Assembly (NCBI RefSeq): GCF_964204645.1
Contig: NC_134031.1
Location: 9,734,001-9,798,000 of the forward strand
Reading direction: 5' to 3'
DNA length: 64,000 bases
Source: Tubulanus polymorphus
Taxonomy: Eukaryota; Animalia; Nemertea
Each line of letters starts with the position of its first letter. The first letter of the stretch is position 1. A model generated the notes under the pieces. It saw only the letters and a program-made list of their open reading frames with translations, was not told the DNA's origin and did not search any database. Made by a program: the position numbers and the translations under genes. This document shows positions 26,069 through 37,728 of this stretch, piece by piece.

Positions 26069-26162
26069 AGTAATTGGAAGATGTGGGTTTCATACCAGAG
26101 TACTAGAGTACTAAACACCACTCATCACTACAAGTAATTTTTTTTCCTAATACATGGGAGAT
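26069..26162 (+). repeat. Left TIR
   Basis: AGTAATTGGAAGATGTGGGTTTCATACCAGAGTACTAGAGTACTAAACACCACTCATCAC; reverse complement of 52720-52812. Confidence 0.95.
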
Positions 26163-26978
26163 AGAAAAGCATTCTTAGCAACAATAAATAACAGAATTAA
26201 ACCAGCAAGTGTTTCAGTGTTTTTAAGGTAAGTTTTAGCAAAATTGCCCTATCCTCGACCTACAGAGTTTTCAGGGGATAAGCATCCCATTATTGAAAGG
26301 CGCCACGGGACGCTTATCCCCCGTCATTTCTACTTACACCCCCGCGACCCACGTCAACCGGGATCTCCTTCAATAATTCGCAGAAATCACATTATATTAA
26401 AGGCGCCTAATGTAATTTCTACCAATCTCGAAATTCGAAACCGAAGGAGAAACCCGGAGAGTGGACGAAGGTGCATTTTCAAAATGCCTCTGCTGGCCAG
26501 AGCTACTCCAGTATGGAATGAATTGCCTTATATACTTAGCTAAAACACCTAATTAAATGTTGTTGGTGCTAAAAAAATATATGAAATATGAAATTATAAA
26601 TTATTCCGAATGAAAAGAGTATAAGAATGAAAACTGATAAATGAATTATGGATTTTTAACTTAATTATGATATAATTTTTAATCAAATTAGTAATCGATT
26701 ACCATGTTAATTGATTAACAAATTCAAATTCAAATATTCATTTTAGCATCACACCCCACCCAGTGCTGCCATCTTTCAATTTAAGAAAAAACTAATAATA
26801 AGAAACGAGTGTAATACAATATTCAAGTAAAAACTTCAAATTAAAAAAACAAAATAAATTAATAAAAATAATGAATATCTAGAATCCGAAATGACTTATC
26901 TGGACAATTTAATTGCTCCGCATAGATAGACAAAAGTAGTGAGATGGTGCCGTACGGCACCCACATGGTGATATTCAA

Positions 26979-27374
26979 TTATTTTTTTTGCTTTTTTTCT
27001 AAAATATTAATCCATTTTTTTATTGTCAATTTTGGAATTTCAGAAGTATTTTCATTTTTAATAGCAGTTGTTTCAGAATTATTAACATCATGAATTTCAT
27101 TTGATTTCTTATACCAATTACACCCAATCAAAATGAATACAATTACAAATCCAACTGTAAAATATAGATATTTATCAAATATTCTATCATTAGAAGGAGT
27201 AGAAATAACAATATTTTCACTATTTTTATTAACATTTTTATTACTTATTTTTTCTTTTACAGCTTTTTTATATTCTTGTGATTTAATTCCTAATTGCCGA
27301 GACCATTCAATTTGTTTCTGTGATCTCGGTTTTTTCTTCACAGTTAATTCCTTCACTTCTTCCACCTCGCTCAT
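26979..27374 (-). CDS. Small membrane-anchored protein
   Basis: KKPRSQKQIEW plus TM YLYFTVGFVIVFILIG; three paralogous remnants in the window. Confidence 0.65.
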   Translation of the reverse strand: MSEVEEVKELTVKKKPRSQKQIEWSRQLGIKSQEYKKAVKEKISNKNVNKNSENIVISTPSNDRIFDKYLYFTVGFVIVFILIGCNWYKKSNEIHDVNNSETTAIKNENTSEIPKLTIKKWINILEKKQKK

Positions 27375-27912
27375 TTATTATAGAAATATTTTTACTTTCA
27401 ATATTTGAAAATGTTATAACCCCAGTTGATAATAATGTCATAAATCCACCTAATTGAAATGATAAATATCCAATCCATTTATTTAATTCAGTCATAACTA
27501 AATAATCATTTTTTAAATCGGAATATAATCTTTTTTCATCTTCAATTGGTAGTATATAATTACATAATTTACTATAACCTTTTACTACATTTTCTGATAT
27601 CGCGTCATTAATTCTAGCTGTTCTCGCGGCTTCATAAATCTTAAATAATCTAATAATTTCATCTGATTTCATTGTGTCTAATTCATTATAAGTTAAATTT
27701 TTACCGACAAAATTTTTACATTTTCCAGATGCTATTAATATTTCTAATTGATGTTTACAGTAAAGATAATATTCATAATTATTATTTGTTGTAACATTAT
27801 TTAAAGCACAATCATCTGGAATTAATTTGTTTTCTGTTATTCCTTAATCATCTAAAGTTTTTTCAATTGGAACATCACCATTTTTAGATTTTATTTTCTT
27901 TTCACCTACCAT
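27307..27912 (-). pseudogene. Conserved hypothetical protein (premature stop near 27845)
   Basis: TAAATG start at 27912 in frame with ORF 27307-27672; paralog of 15005-15581. Confidence 0.7.
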
Positions 27913-27943
27913 TTATATAACAAAAAAATTAGTTGTGATGTTG

Positions 27944-28098
27944 CAACTAGAATTCAACTAGAATGTAACTAGAATTAAACTAGATTAACAAGCTAGTTAA
28001 AATATTGTTAAATCTAGTTGATTTTTGTTACAACTACCAATAACTAGAATTCAACTAGAATGTAACTAGAATTCAACTAGATTAACAAGCTAGTTGAA
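27944..28098. repeat. Intergenic 11-bp AACTAGAAT iteration in two blocks
   Basis: AACTAGAATTCAACTAGAATGTAACTAGAATT..ACTAGATTAACAAGCTAGTT occurs twice. Confidence 0.85.
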
Positions 28099-28099
28099 T

Positions 28100-28708
28100 T
28101 TAAATAAATTCATATTTAAATGGGTGTTGTAATCTAAATAGTAATTTTGATCTTTTAATATTTTTCAACTTATCCATATATTCATTATGTAAATCATGTG
28201 GAATAATATCATTTTCCTCAAGTGCATTTTTCATCGATTTTCTATCTTTATTGTAGAATAAAACTAGAAATCTAATGGTTTCTCTAAAGTCTTTAACAAT
28301 TGAATTATATTTTTGATTTAAAACCCATGTTGTTATCCCAAAATGTCTGCCAGAAAAAGCTTAATAGCATAACTCACTTTCTCTAACTTTTGAATCATGT
28401 AAATTTGCGCAATCATCTATGATAAATAATGTATTTGATCCTTTATAAATATCAATTGCTATTTTTATACAATTATCTAAATTTTCTTTTACTGTTTTAG
28501 GATCTAATATAATAAATTTATTATTTCTAGTAATATTTCTATCATAAGTTTGATTAAATTCATAAGTTGGACAAAATAATACTATATTATCAAAATAGTT
28601 TTCATAAACAGTTTCTAATAAATTTAATATAAAATAAGTTTTTCCACAATTTGTTACACCAGAAATTAACATATTATGAGGTTCAAATATAAATAATTCC
28701 TTATTCAT
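28100..28708 (-). pseudogene. A32-like packaging ATPase (one premature stop at 28361)
   Basis: GVTNCGKT, FIIDD, then AFSGRHFGITTWVLNQ in the same frame. Confidence 0.9.
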
Positions 28709-28717
28709 TTATATATT

Positions 28718-29740
28718 TTTAATCTTACTCGATAATATCCATTCATTAAATTTATCTGGCCATCCAACCCATTTTACTAAAGAATATTTTTTTCTTTTAA
28801 CAGTTTTTGTTTTTAATACTTTTTTCAATTTTATATTCTTGTTCTAGATTTTCAGTAGTTAAACTCAATTCTTCTTCATAAAAATACCCATCAACTTCTT
28901 CACCATTTAAATCTTCTAATCTATAGACATAAGGTTTTGTTGTTATTACCTTTTTTATTTTATATATTTCCCTAGTAAAATTTCGATCGTATCCTTTGTC
29001 AAATATCTTTTTATACTTAGAAATTCTAACATTTTGACCAACTTTAAATTTAGGTTCACCAAAATCATCTACAAGAAATGCTCCATATAAATTACTCCAA
29101 ACAATTTCAGCATTTTCAGGTTTTCTAGCATCAATAGGTTTCATTCCAATAGAAGAATGATAAGAATTATTATATCCTTCTATCAATTTTGGTAAAACAT
29201 CAATCCATTTAAAAGTATTATTTGCTGTAAAATATTTCCACATTCTTGTTCTTAATGTTCTATTAAATCGTTCAACAACTGCTGGTTTTTTATCCGATTT
29301 TGTTGAAAAATATTTAATATTATGATTATCTAAGAGTTCATGAACAAGTGAATTATCAAACTCTTTTCCATCATCAAATTGTATTTTTTCTGGCTTTAGT
29401 TTATCATCCGAAAGACATTTTCTTAAAACATTTGATGTTTGTACAGCATCTTTTCTATAAAGTGGGAAACTCCATACATAACGACTAAAAATATCAATTA
29501 TATTCAATAACCACCAATAATCATCATTATCTTTCTTAACATTTTTTCATATCAATTAAATCTCCTTGCCACTGTTGATCTACATAACTTACCATAGTTT
29601 TACGAGTTTTATGTGTTTTTATGTGTTTTAATTTTTTTCTAACATAAATTCATTTATATCTTTATATTTTACTAAATTTTGTGGGATTATCTTATCTAAT
29701 TTATCTTGTTTTACTTTACTCCATATAATTTTAACTTTAT
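28718..29740 (-). pseudogene. rve integrase plus chromodomain (frameshifted, 5' deleted)
   Basis: QQWQGDLID, IDIFSRY, QFDDGKEF, VERFNRTL, LVKWVGWPDKFNEW. Confidence 0.92.
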
Positions 29741-29744
29741 ATTT

Positions 29745-30992
29745 CTAATATTGAATACTATCTAATTGTGAATTTACAATATTTAATTGTGCGTCAGATA
29801 TAATATAAATGTGCATTTTAAAATTTTTGATTCCTTTATTCTTTGTTATGAATAATTGTATTCCATCTTTAGTGTTCTGTAGTTTTTTTCCAGAACCATG
29901 TAATGAATTATCCTCTGTTGTTCTAAAATCTAACCATAATGCATATTTATTACCGGTATAATAATCAATTTGATTAATATTACAATTTTCAGATGATTTT
30001 ACTTTTTCATTCATAAAATGTTTTCTAATTTCTGGCCATTGATCAATCATTCTCATTCCTTGACAAAATATTTTATTTGCTATTCCTTCGATAGTTATTT
30101 CTACTTTTGTTATTTCAGGATTATAATAATTATCAACATTTATCGCACCATAAGTATATGTTGCAATGGTAAAAAATATTGATATACCTTTAATAGATCT
30201 TCTTGGGAAGTTAATATTCTCATTAATAATTTCATCATTTGCATTAATAGTTACAGTTTTAAATTTATCAATATAATCATATAATAATGAAAATCCTTGA
30301 TTGTATTTAGTTTGAATTATACTTGAAATATTTTCATCAGTTACTGTATCATATTCTAAACATATATTCGATAATTTATAACCCATATCTTTAACAACGC
30401 TAGATAATACAATTTCATTTACAGGAGCAAATGTTATTTCGAATATAATATGTTCTTGAATTGCGTATTTATATAAAGGCGCATTATTATTTATCAATTC
30501 AAAATCTAATGGAATTTTATATTTGCTTCCATTAATCTTTTTTATTAAGTTATCTATAGCATTAGTTACTACTGCATTATTGGCTTCTGATCTTAGTTTA
30601 TTTTGGTTTTCTGATTGGATGCCTTGAAATATCATATTATTTCTATTTTCTTTAGTTAACCATAAATCTTTATAATGCATAAATAGATTATAATCATCTA
30701 ATGAGAAAACTGTTTCTGGACCAATCTTTATAGTTAATTTTTTAATCAAATATCTTCCAACATTATCGACAACATAATTATTATCATGACCAGTTACTTT
30801 TATATCAGCTGATAAATAAATACTATTTGGAACATAAAAAGTATTTTGTGTTAATCTAGGAATTCTAACATATAAAGTTTCATCGGGATTAATATTAGAA
30901 GGGTTATGAGTAATTATATGATGTGATCTTTCTGCTTTAATAGCATTAGATATTCTATGATTCTTAGAAGGATTGATATAACTCCCACTCAT
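29745..30992 (-). CDS. Putative double jelly-roll major capsid protein
   Basis: Intact 415-aa beta-rich ORF, the most conserved gene between paralogous elements; size and position fit a Polinton MCP. Confidence 0.75.
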   Translation of the reverse strand: MSGSYINPSKNHRISNAIKAERSHHIITHNPSNINPDETLYVRIPRLTQNTFYVPNSIYLSADIKVTGHDNNYVVDNVGRYLIKKLTIKIGPETVFSLDDYNLFMHYKDLWLTKENRNNMIFQGIQSENQNKLRSEANNAVVTNAIDNLIKKINGSKYKIPLDFELINNNAPLYKYAIQEHIIFEITFAPVNEIVLSSVVKDMGYKLSNICLEYDTVTDENISSIIQTKYNQGFSLLYDYIDKFKTVTINANDEIINENINFPRRSIKGISIFFTIATYTYGAINVDNYYNPEITKVEITIEGIANKIFCQGMRMIDQWPEIRKHFMNEKVKSSENCNINQIDYYTGNKYALWLDFRTTEDNSLHGSGKKLQNTKDGIQLFITKNKGIKNFKMHIYIISDAQLNIVNSQLDSIQY

Positions 30993-31012
30993 TTATTTAA
31001 CAAAAAAATTAA

Positions 31013-32474
31013 TTATTTATTTTTCATCATGTTTATTTTTTCTTGATATCTTTTTGATATCATATTCACTAACCCAAAAATAATAGCACTTACAACTGTA
31101 ATTAAAAATAAAATAATATGTTCAGCAGCAAAGTTAAGAATATTACCTGCAGATTTCAATATAAAACCAACAATTGATGCAATAATTCCTGGTAAAGCTG
31201 CAGCAGATTTTTTAGATAGTTCCCATAAATATTTTGCTAATTTCTTTAAACCATCTTTAACTTTATCTTGTATAGAATTATTACCTGGGGGTTTATCCGG
31301 TTTATTTGGAGTAGGAGTAGATTTTAAAGCATTTGATATTGCTAAACCAATTGTTGTAAATAACATAGTTACAGCTGTTATAATTGAAAGAATTGTTATA
31401 CCTTCTAACTTAAATAATAACTTTATTCTATCTTTCAATGCTATTTCAGAATTTGGTTTTATCAACAAATCTTTAAAAATAACTTTTAATCTATTAATAT
31501 TATAATCATATGATTTTAATAATAATTTAATTTCTTCTTTCTGTACTTCTAAATTATCTTTTAAATTATTAATTTCTTTTTCTAATCGTAATTCTTTTTG
31601 CCTATACTCTATTTCATCAATTACTTGATGATCTAAATCAGACTTTGATTGTTCTATTTCTTTATTTTTATCAGTTAATTCTTTTTCCAAATACATAATT
31701 TTTTGATCTCTTATACTTTTATTATGTGCAATTTTATCAGATGCAAGTCTTATACTAATAATTTCTCTAATTGCTTTTTCAGAAAATATATCTAAATCTT
31801 CTAATTCTTGATCTGTTGCATCAATTAATCCATTCGGTAAAAATTTTTCAATTGGAACTTTATTTGATTTAAGTTTACTAGTTTTGGAAGTTTTATTCTG
31901 TTCAGAAGTTGTTTCTGTTTCTGATTTCTTTTTGATTAATTCAAATAATTCATTAATTCTTTGTTTAAATACGTCTATATTATCATCTATTTCTTTTTGT
32001 GTAACATCAGTTATTTCATTACTATTATTAATTATTTTAATTTTATCTGGTTTTTAACTTTTCAAAGTTGATTCCGCTAATATTTTTTTTATTATTTTTA
32101 GAAGTGATATCAATATAATAATCACCTTTCAAACGATAATAACATTTACCATTATCTAAAAATTTTAATTGATCTGCTAAAAGTCCAACGTCTTCATCAT
32201 TTATGTTAAGTTTAGATTTTTCAATTAAATCTTCTAATTTAGGTATTTTGTTTAAATTATCTATATCTTGTTTTACTAAATCTGGGTTTAAATTTTCAGG
32301 ATTTAATTGTGATTCTGCATTTTTAATATAATCAGGCATATTTAAATTATTATTATATTCTGGCTCATTACCGTCATTAAAACTTGTTTCACTAAAATCA
32401 GGTTGTTGTTCATCAGTTATGCCAGGTTCATCAAAAGGATCCATTCCAATATCTTCTCCACCCTCTACATCCAT
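31013..32474 (-). pseudogene. Acidic N-terminus/coiled-coil/C-terminal hydrophobic helix protein
   Basis: ORFs 32043-32474 and 31013-31696 linked by a frameshifted middle; two to three hydrophobic helices. Confidence 0.7.
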
Positions 32475-32490
32475 TTATATAATAAAAAAA

Positions 32491-33879
32491 TTAAAATTTA
32501 AAATATAATATTCCACCTATAACAATTCCTATACAAGTTAAAACTAATTTAGTATTTTCATGTAATTTATTATCATTATCAGTTTTAATTATATCATGTT
32601 GAATATTATCAGTTTTAATATTTTCTGTAGTATTGTAATCTTTTATTTTGGAATCATTATCCAATTTAATATTCTTAGTTTTAGTTTCTGTTGATTGAAT
32701 ATGTTTTTTATTTTTTTCACCTTCCATTAATTTTGGAGCAGTAATTATCTTTTTATTTATATCATTTAATCCAAATGAATTATTTATTGTTGCAGTTTTA
32801 ATTAGATTATTATAACCAATTATATTTCCCATCTTTAATACTAAATCATTAGAAATAATTAATAGATTAGGGCCTATACAATAATTTAATCTAATATGTA
32901 ATTTATCTAAATAATTTTGATATCTTACAATGTTTTCTGGAATCTATCTATTTTTATCATTATGAATTGAATCTTCAAATAATACTTTGAATTGTTTCTA
33001 TGTATCAAATGATGTATTTAAATTTCAAATTATTCGGGATCTAGTTTCAACTTGCGCACCTAAAATACATATCAAATAAGTTCTAATAGATTGATTTATT
33101 CTTTGTATACCTGATTTTGTAAAACCTTCATTATTTTCTAAAATGAAATAAACCCAACCATTATTGTTTTCTTGTTTTAAATTATCATAAAATGTCGGTA
33201 ATTTATTGGAATTTAATGTTTCTAAATGCTTAGTTTCTATTTTACCATAACCTAATTTATTACTATAGATATTATAAAAACTATTAGATGGTATGGGAAG
33301 TGCACAATATTCTGGAATCTTTTTAGGGCAAGGAAGTGATCTTATTGTTCCAATTTTTGTTCTAAAATCAGAATTATTTATATCTATATTAAATTCATTA
33401 CAAATTTTATAACACTTTGATAAATTAATATTATTATCTAATTCTTTAAAATACCTAGATCCTGGTAAAGCACACTCTAATTCATTTAATATTATTCTGA
33501 TTTGAAAGTATGTATGAAATCTAAATAAACTTTGAATTAATTTATATTTAGAATTATTCAAATGATCATTCCAACTAATTCCACATCCTGTTGTTGCACA
33601 ATAAACAGCAAAATTTAATTGGTTCTGCCAATACTTCATATTAGATTTTAATAACCATTGTTTTTCATCTTTCAATTTTTTAAAATTAATTAAATAGACA
33701 TGAAATATATTTTCCATCTTTGCATTAAAATTATTAGTTTCAGTAACATAAATTTCTAAATTAGTTAATGAATCTAAAACTTCATTTCTATATGTAATAT
33801 CTTTATTAAAATCTATTGCTGGAATATAATATTTAATTGATTTATTATATTGGAAAGCTTTTGGAAAACTATCTACCAT
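32491..33879 (-). pseudogene. Conserved structural-module protein with C-terminal TM
   Basis: ORFs 33025-33879 and 32491-32832 share one frame (1389 nt) with premature stops. Confidence 0.75.
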
Positions 33880-33895
33880 TTATATAATTAAAAAA

Positions 33896-34330
33896 TTAAT
33901 AATTTATTAATTCTTTTAATAATTTATCTTGTTCTTCAACTGGTATGTGACCATTTAAACTCATTATATAATCTAGTGTATTCTTTAATTTATTAATTTC
34001 TTTTATATTAGTTTTAATTTTTTCTTTATTACTTTTTATATTTAATTTTGAACTTATACCAGTTAATACACTTGAACTTAATCCTAATACACCAATTGAT
34101 ATAGCTAAAGGTGTTAATGGACTGAATATTGTTAGAAATGTTATTACAGAACTAATTGTAACCGAACCACTTATAATCAAATAATATATAATTTTACTTT
34201 TTAAATATTTTTTCTTTTTTATCTTTAAGTCACTTTCAAATTCTAATATTTGTTTTTCTAAATATATTTTTAATTTAGTTTTATTTATATCATGAGGAAT
34301 AATATCAATATTATCAACTTTATCTTCCAT
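33896..34330 (-). CDS. Two-TM small protein
   Basis: 144 aa, central hydrophobic hairpin flanked by coiled coils. Confidence 0.7.
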   Translation of the reverse strand: MEDKVDNIDIIPHDINKTKLKIYLEKQILEFESDLKIKKKKYLKSKIIYYLIISGSVTISSVITFLTIFSPLTPLAISIGVLGLSSSVLTGISSKLNIKSNKEKIKTNIKEINKLKNTLDYIMSLNGHIPVEEQDKLLKELINY

Positions 34331-34349
34331 TTATTTAGAAAAAAAATTA

Positions 34350-34772
34350 CTAATTAGTAAATTTATATGCTACAAATATAACAATAACTGTTCCACCTAA
34401 AATCCAAATTATTTCATATTTCTGTTGTTCTTTAATTGGGGTATAATAATCTGATAATTTAGGTTTGTATAGATGTAATTTTTCTTTATTGGTTACCGCG
34501 TTATATAAACTCATTGCATCAATAACTGATTGAAAATCTCTATGTGAAATCTTCTGATCATATAATTCCTTGTTAATATAATCCATATAGTTTTGTCTCT
34601 TTTCTCTATATTCTTCTGCTGCTTTATTATATTTCTCTAATGCTAAGTTATGTCTTCTTTGTTCTCCTAATGAACTATTTTTATCAATATGCTTAAATAA
34701 ATAACCACCACCAGTAAATGCTAAAGCGTTAACAATTGCCGATCCTACAATAGTTACAATTGCAGAAGCCAT
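34350..34772 (-). CDS. Small protein with hydrophobic termini
   Basis: 140 aa, MASAIVTIVGSAIVNALAFTGGGYLF start and C-terminal TM. Confidence 0.7.
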   Translation of the reverse strand: MASAIVTIVGSAIVNALAFTGGGYLFKHIDKNSSLGEQRRHNLALEKYNKAAEEYREKRQNYMDYINKELYDQKISHRDFQSVIDAMSLYNAVTNKEKLHLYKPKLSDYYTPIKEQQKYEIIWILGGTVIVIFVAYKFTN

Positions 34773-34796
34773 TTATTTAGCAAAATAATTATGCAT

Positions 34797-35018
34797 TTAT
34801 ATGGGAGGAATATATTTTTGTTTTTCCAAATAATCAATAGTTAAATTAGGTAAAGTAACTGCTAATGTTAATTTTAAGATATCATTTATATCAAATCTAT
34901 CAACATTAACAGTTCCCATTTTAAAAACTTTTTTTAATACCATTGAATAACCAACAGTTCCAACTGATAGTAATGATACATTATATAATCCAGTTATTAT
35001 CCACTTATTATCACTCAT
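34797..35018 (-). CDS. 73-aa hydrophobic protein
   Basis: TAAATG start; paralogous remnant at 24500-24713. Confidence 0.65.
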   Translation of the reverse strand: MSDNKWIITGLYNVSLLSVGTVGYSMVLKKVFKMGTVNVDRFDINDILKLTLAVTLPNLTIDYLEKQKYIPPI

Positions 35019-35037
35019 TTATTTATCAAAAAAATTA

Positions 35038-35375
35038 CTATCTTCAAAATATTTAGTTATCTTAGTGATGATTATTTCAACATTTATTTCATTACTAGTT
35101 TCATTTGTACATATTTCAATTATTATTTTTTTAATATCATCGATGATAAAATCTTCATCTAATTCATAAAATCTTAAAGATTCTCTAATTAAATTAGTAA
35201 TCTTTTCTACATTTAAAGTTTCTTTATCTATTGTTTTTTCATACTTAAATGTTGCTTAATTAGAAAATACAATATTTTTGATTTGTGTAATTACATCATT
35301 AATGTTAAATTTCATTTCTTTCTCACGTTTAAAATCAAATCCAAAACATATACTCGGTCCAACAGTTATATTCAT
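35038..35375 (-). pseudogene. Small hypothetical gene (MNITVGPSMF..)
   Basis: TAAATG start, disrupted; paralog at 24733-25055. Confidence 0.55.
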
Positions 35376-35391
35376 TTATATAATGAAAAAA

Positions 35392-36180
35392 TTACTCTCT
35401 ACATCTTATAACTAATTCATATATCACAGGAAAGTTATTCAAATCAATTAAATATCCATTATGATTTCTTATTTCTAATTTAAAATTATTGAAATGTGGA
35501 ATACAAGGTTTGAAATCACATTCAGTTAAATTATAATTTATTTGAGTTCCAAATTGTTTAACATTTTTTAGCGGTAAAATGTTTAATATACTAGAATTAC
35601 AAGTTATATCTTTAGTTGCTTCAAATGTTTTTGTTGGGTCAATCAAATTGCAATAAATATAAAAATGCGTAAAAGGTATTAAATTTGATATACCGTATAT
35701 GTTTTCAACAATATATGTATCTGGAGGAATTCCTAACAGTTTAGCAAAAGGTTTTTTTACCAAGTAAGTATGTTTTCTTATCATAAAATAAAGAGGTTTA
35801 TAATAATCATCATCAAACTTTATTTTAATTTTATTAGAGCTCTCACTTTTTATGAATTTAATATTAAATTTAGAATCACTACCTAATCTAATGCGAGCTT
35901 TTCTATTAATTTCTTGCTCTAATGTTTCTAAATTATATAATCCTGGTGTAAGCATAAGTTGAATTAATTTTTCTTCAAGTTTATCATAAATAAAAAAGCT
36001 TCTATGTTCATCAGTTTTATCCGATATATTGTAAAATGAGTTACATAAACTTATATTAACTAATTTTAAATCTACACAATTCTTGAATTCTCTATCTAAT
36101 TGTACTAGTAAATTATGAGATTTATAATTTGTAAGCCTTCTAGAATCAACAAATATTCTGTATTCTTTTAATTCTACCAT
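35392..36180 (-). CDS. Putative minor capsid (penton) protein
   Basis: Intact 262 aa; paralog of 25072-25833. Confidence 0.7.
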   Translation of the reverse strand: MVELKEYRIFVDSRRLTNYKSHNLLVQLDREFKNCVDLKLVNISLCNSFYNISDKTDEHRSFFIYDKLEEKLIQLMLTPGLYNLETLEQEINRKARIRLGSDSKFNIKFIKSESSNKIKIKFDDDYYKPLYFMIRKHTYLVKKPFAKLLGIPPDTYIVENIYGISNLIPFTHFYIYCNLIDPTKTFEATKDITCNSSILNILPLKNVKQFGTQINYNLTECDFKPCIPHFNNFKLEIRNHNGYLIDLNNFPVIYELVIRCRE

Positions 36181-36248
36181 TATTTATAACATAAAAAAAT
36201 TACCGCTCATCACTAAAAATTGATTTTAATAAAATTTTTCCTAAATAA

Positions 36249-37362
36249 ATGGATGAGAAGATACCATGTGAAATTTGTGGTGAACTTCTAAGAAAAAGTA
36301 ATATGGCTCGACATATGAAAAAACATGATGAAAATTATAAACCCCCTAAACTAAACTGCCCAAAATGTAATAAATTATTCTCAAGAAATTATGTTAAAAA
36401 ACATTCAGAGAAGTGTAAAATTAATGGCGCAACGGCTAATGTTGATAGTAACGAAAGTAATAGTAATTCTGCTGAAGTTGAATCTGAAATTATTTGGAAA
36501 AGACCTTTCTTATTCTATGACAAGGATAATATAAAAGATCATTTCTGTAAGCCTTGTCGAATAAAATATAGCCCTGAAAATATAGAAGATTGGGAGAATC
36601 ATCAATTTCGTAAAGCACATATAGATAAAATTTCTAATAAATTTGAAACTGAATTCAATGAAAGAAAAAATAATTTATTAGAAAAAATAAAATATGAGAA
36701 AACGTTACCAGATAATAAAGAAACAGTTGAAAAGTTAGAAAAACAATATAATGAATTAACAAGAAAAACATATTATTGTAAATATTGTAAATTGATTATT
36801 ACAACAAGTAATTCAAATCTACATAATAGAACAATAAAACATAAAGAAAACGTAAGAAAATACCAAGAGCTTAATGAAGATCTATTACCAATAAATTATA
36901 AACGAAAATGTCCACAATGTAGTTATGCGGCATTAAGACAAGAAGGTACTGTGTTATTTTGTAATGAATGTGGATGGCAAAAGAATTTATGGAGTGAAGA
37001 AAAAACTAGAAATTTTCTCATAGATCCAAATTTAAATTATCTAGATGAAATTTTTAAAACATTTTCTATAGAAGATCATACACCAGAATATATGCAACGG
37101 CATGAAAAAATGAAAATAATAGAAAATAAAAATGGTGAAATAACTAAAAAAGATATTATAAAAACAATTATTCCATCAACATTTAACACAAAACAAAAGA
37201 AAATATATTTATATTTATTATTTAACGATTATTATGAAAAACCTAAATTAACAGAAGAAGATATGAAAAATATAAAAAAAATATTCAAACAAATGTTAAT
37301 GTATTATTTGGAAAATAGAATAACAGATTCAATAAATTATGAATTCTTTTTAAATAAGATTG
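36249..37362 (+). pseudogene. Multi-zinc-finger protein, interrupted by Gypsy (continues 47438-47652)
   Basis: Four C2H2/C2HC-like fingers plus CPQC..CNEC ribbon; frame continues KIVNYLNIDII after the LTR element is removed. Confidence 0.8.
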
Positions 37363-37708
37363 TGTGATAGAGTGAAAATTATTTACTGTAAGCTGGCGCC
37401 CCTCTATGGGTGTTCGTGGAATCACGGTTGACTTCCTGGAGGTGTTGTCAGTCTTTAGAATTCTGCCATATAGGCAGGATATTCTGTGATTTTGGAATAA
37501 AGTTTCTTGTACATATACAACGAAAACTTTATCTTATTTAGTCCGCAGTTCCTGGAGAGAAGAAACGGCTGGTCAATCGCCCCGACAGTTGGTGGTTGTG
37601 ATATGGTAGCAGTTCCCCCGTCAAACTAGTCCTGAAATCTTGGTTGCGGAGTGGGAGTCTCCACGAAATATCTTCGCCCAACGATCTGGAGGATCCCGCT
37701 CTGTGACA
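37363..37708 (+). repeat. 5' LTR (346 bp, internally deleted)
   Basis: TGTGATAG..TGTGACA; matches both ends of the 3' LTR. Confidence 0.95.
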
Positions 37709-37710
37709 TT

Positions 37711-37728
37711 TGGCGCCCGGTATGGGAC
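37711..37728 (+). promoter_or_regulatory. Primer binding site, tRNA-Lys-like
   Basis: TGGCGCCCGGTATGGGAC, 2 nt after the LTR, resembling the Lys PBS TGGCGCCCGAACAGGGAC. Confidence 0.75.

Noticed and set aside
36216-36223. Mimivirus early promoter AAAATTGA upstream of the ZnF gene
   Set aside because: Single instance in very AT-rich DNA; not distinguishable from chance.
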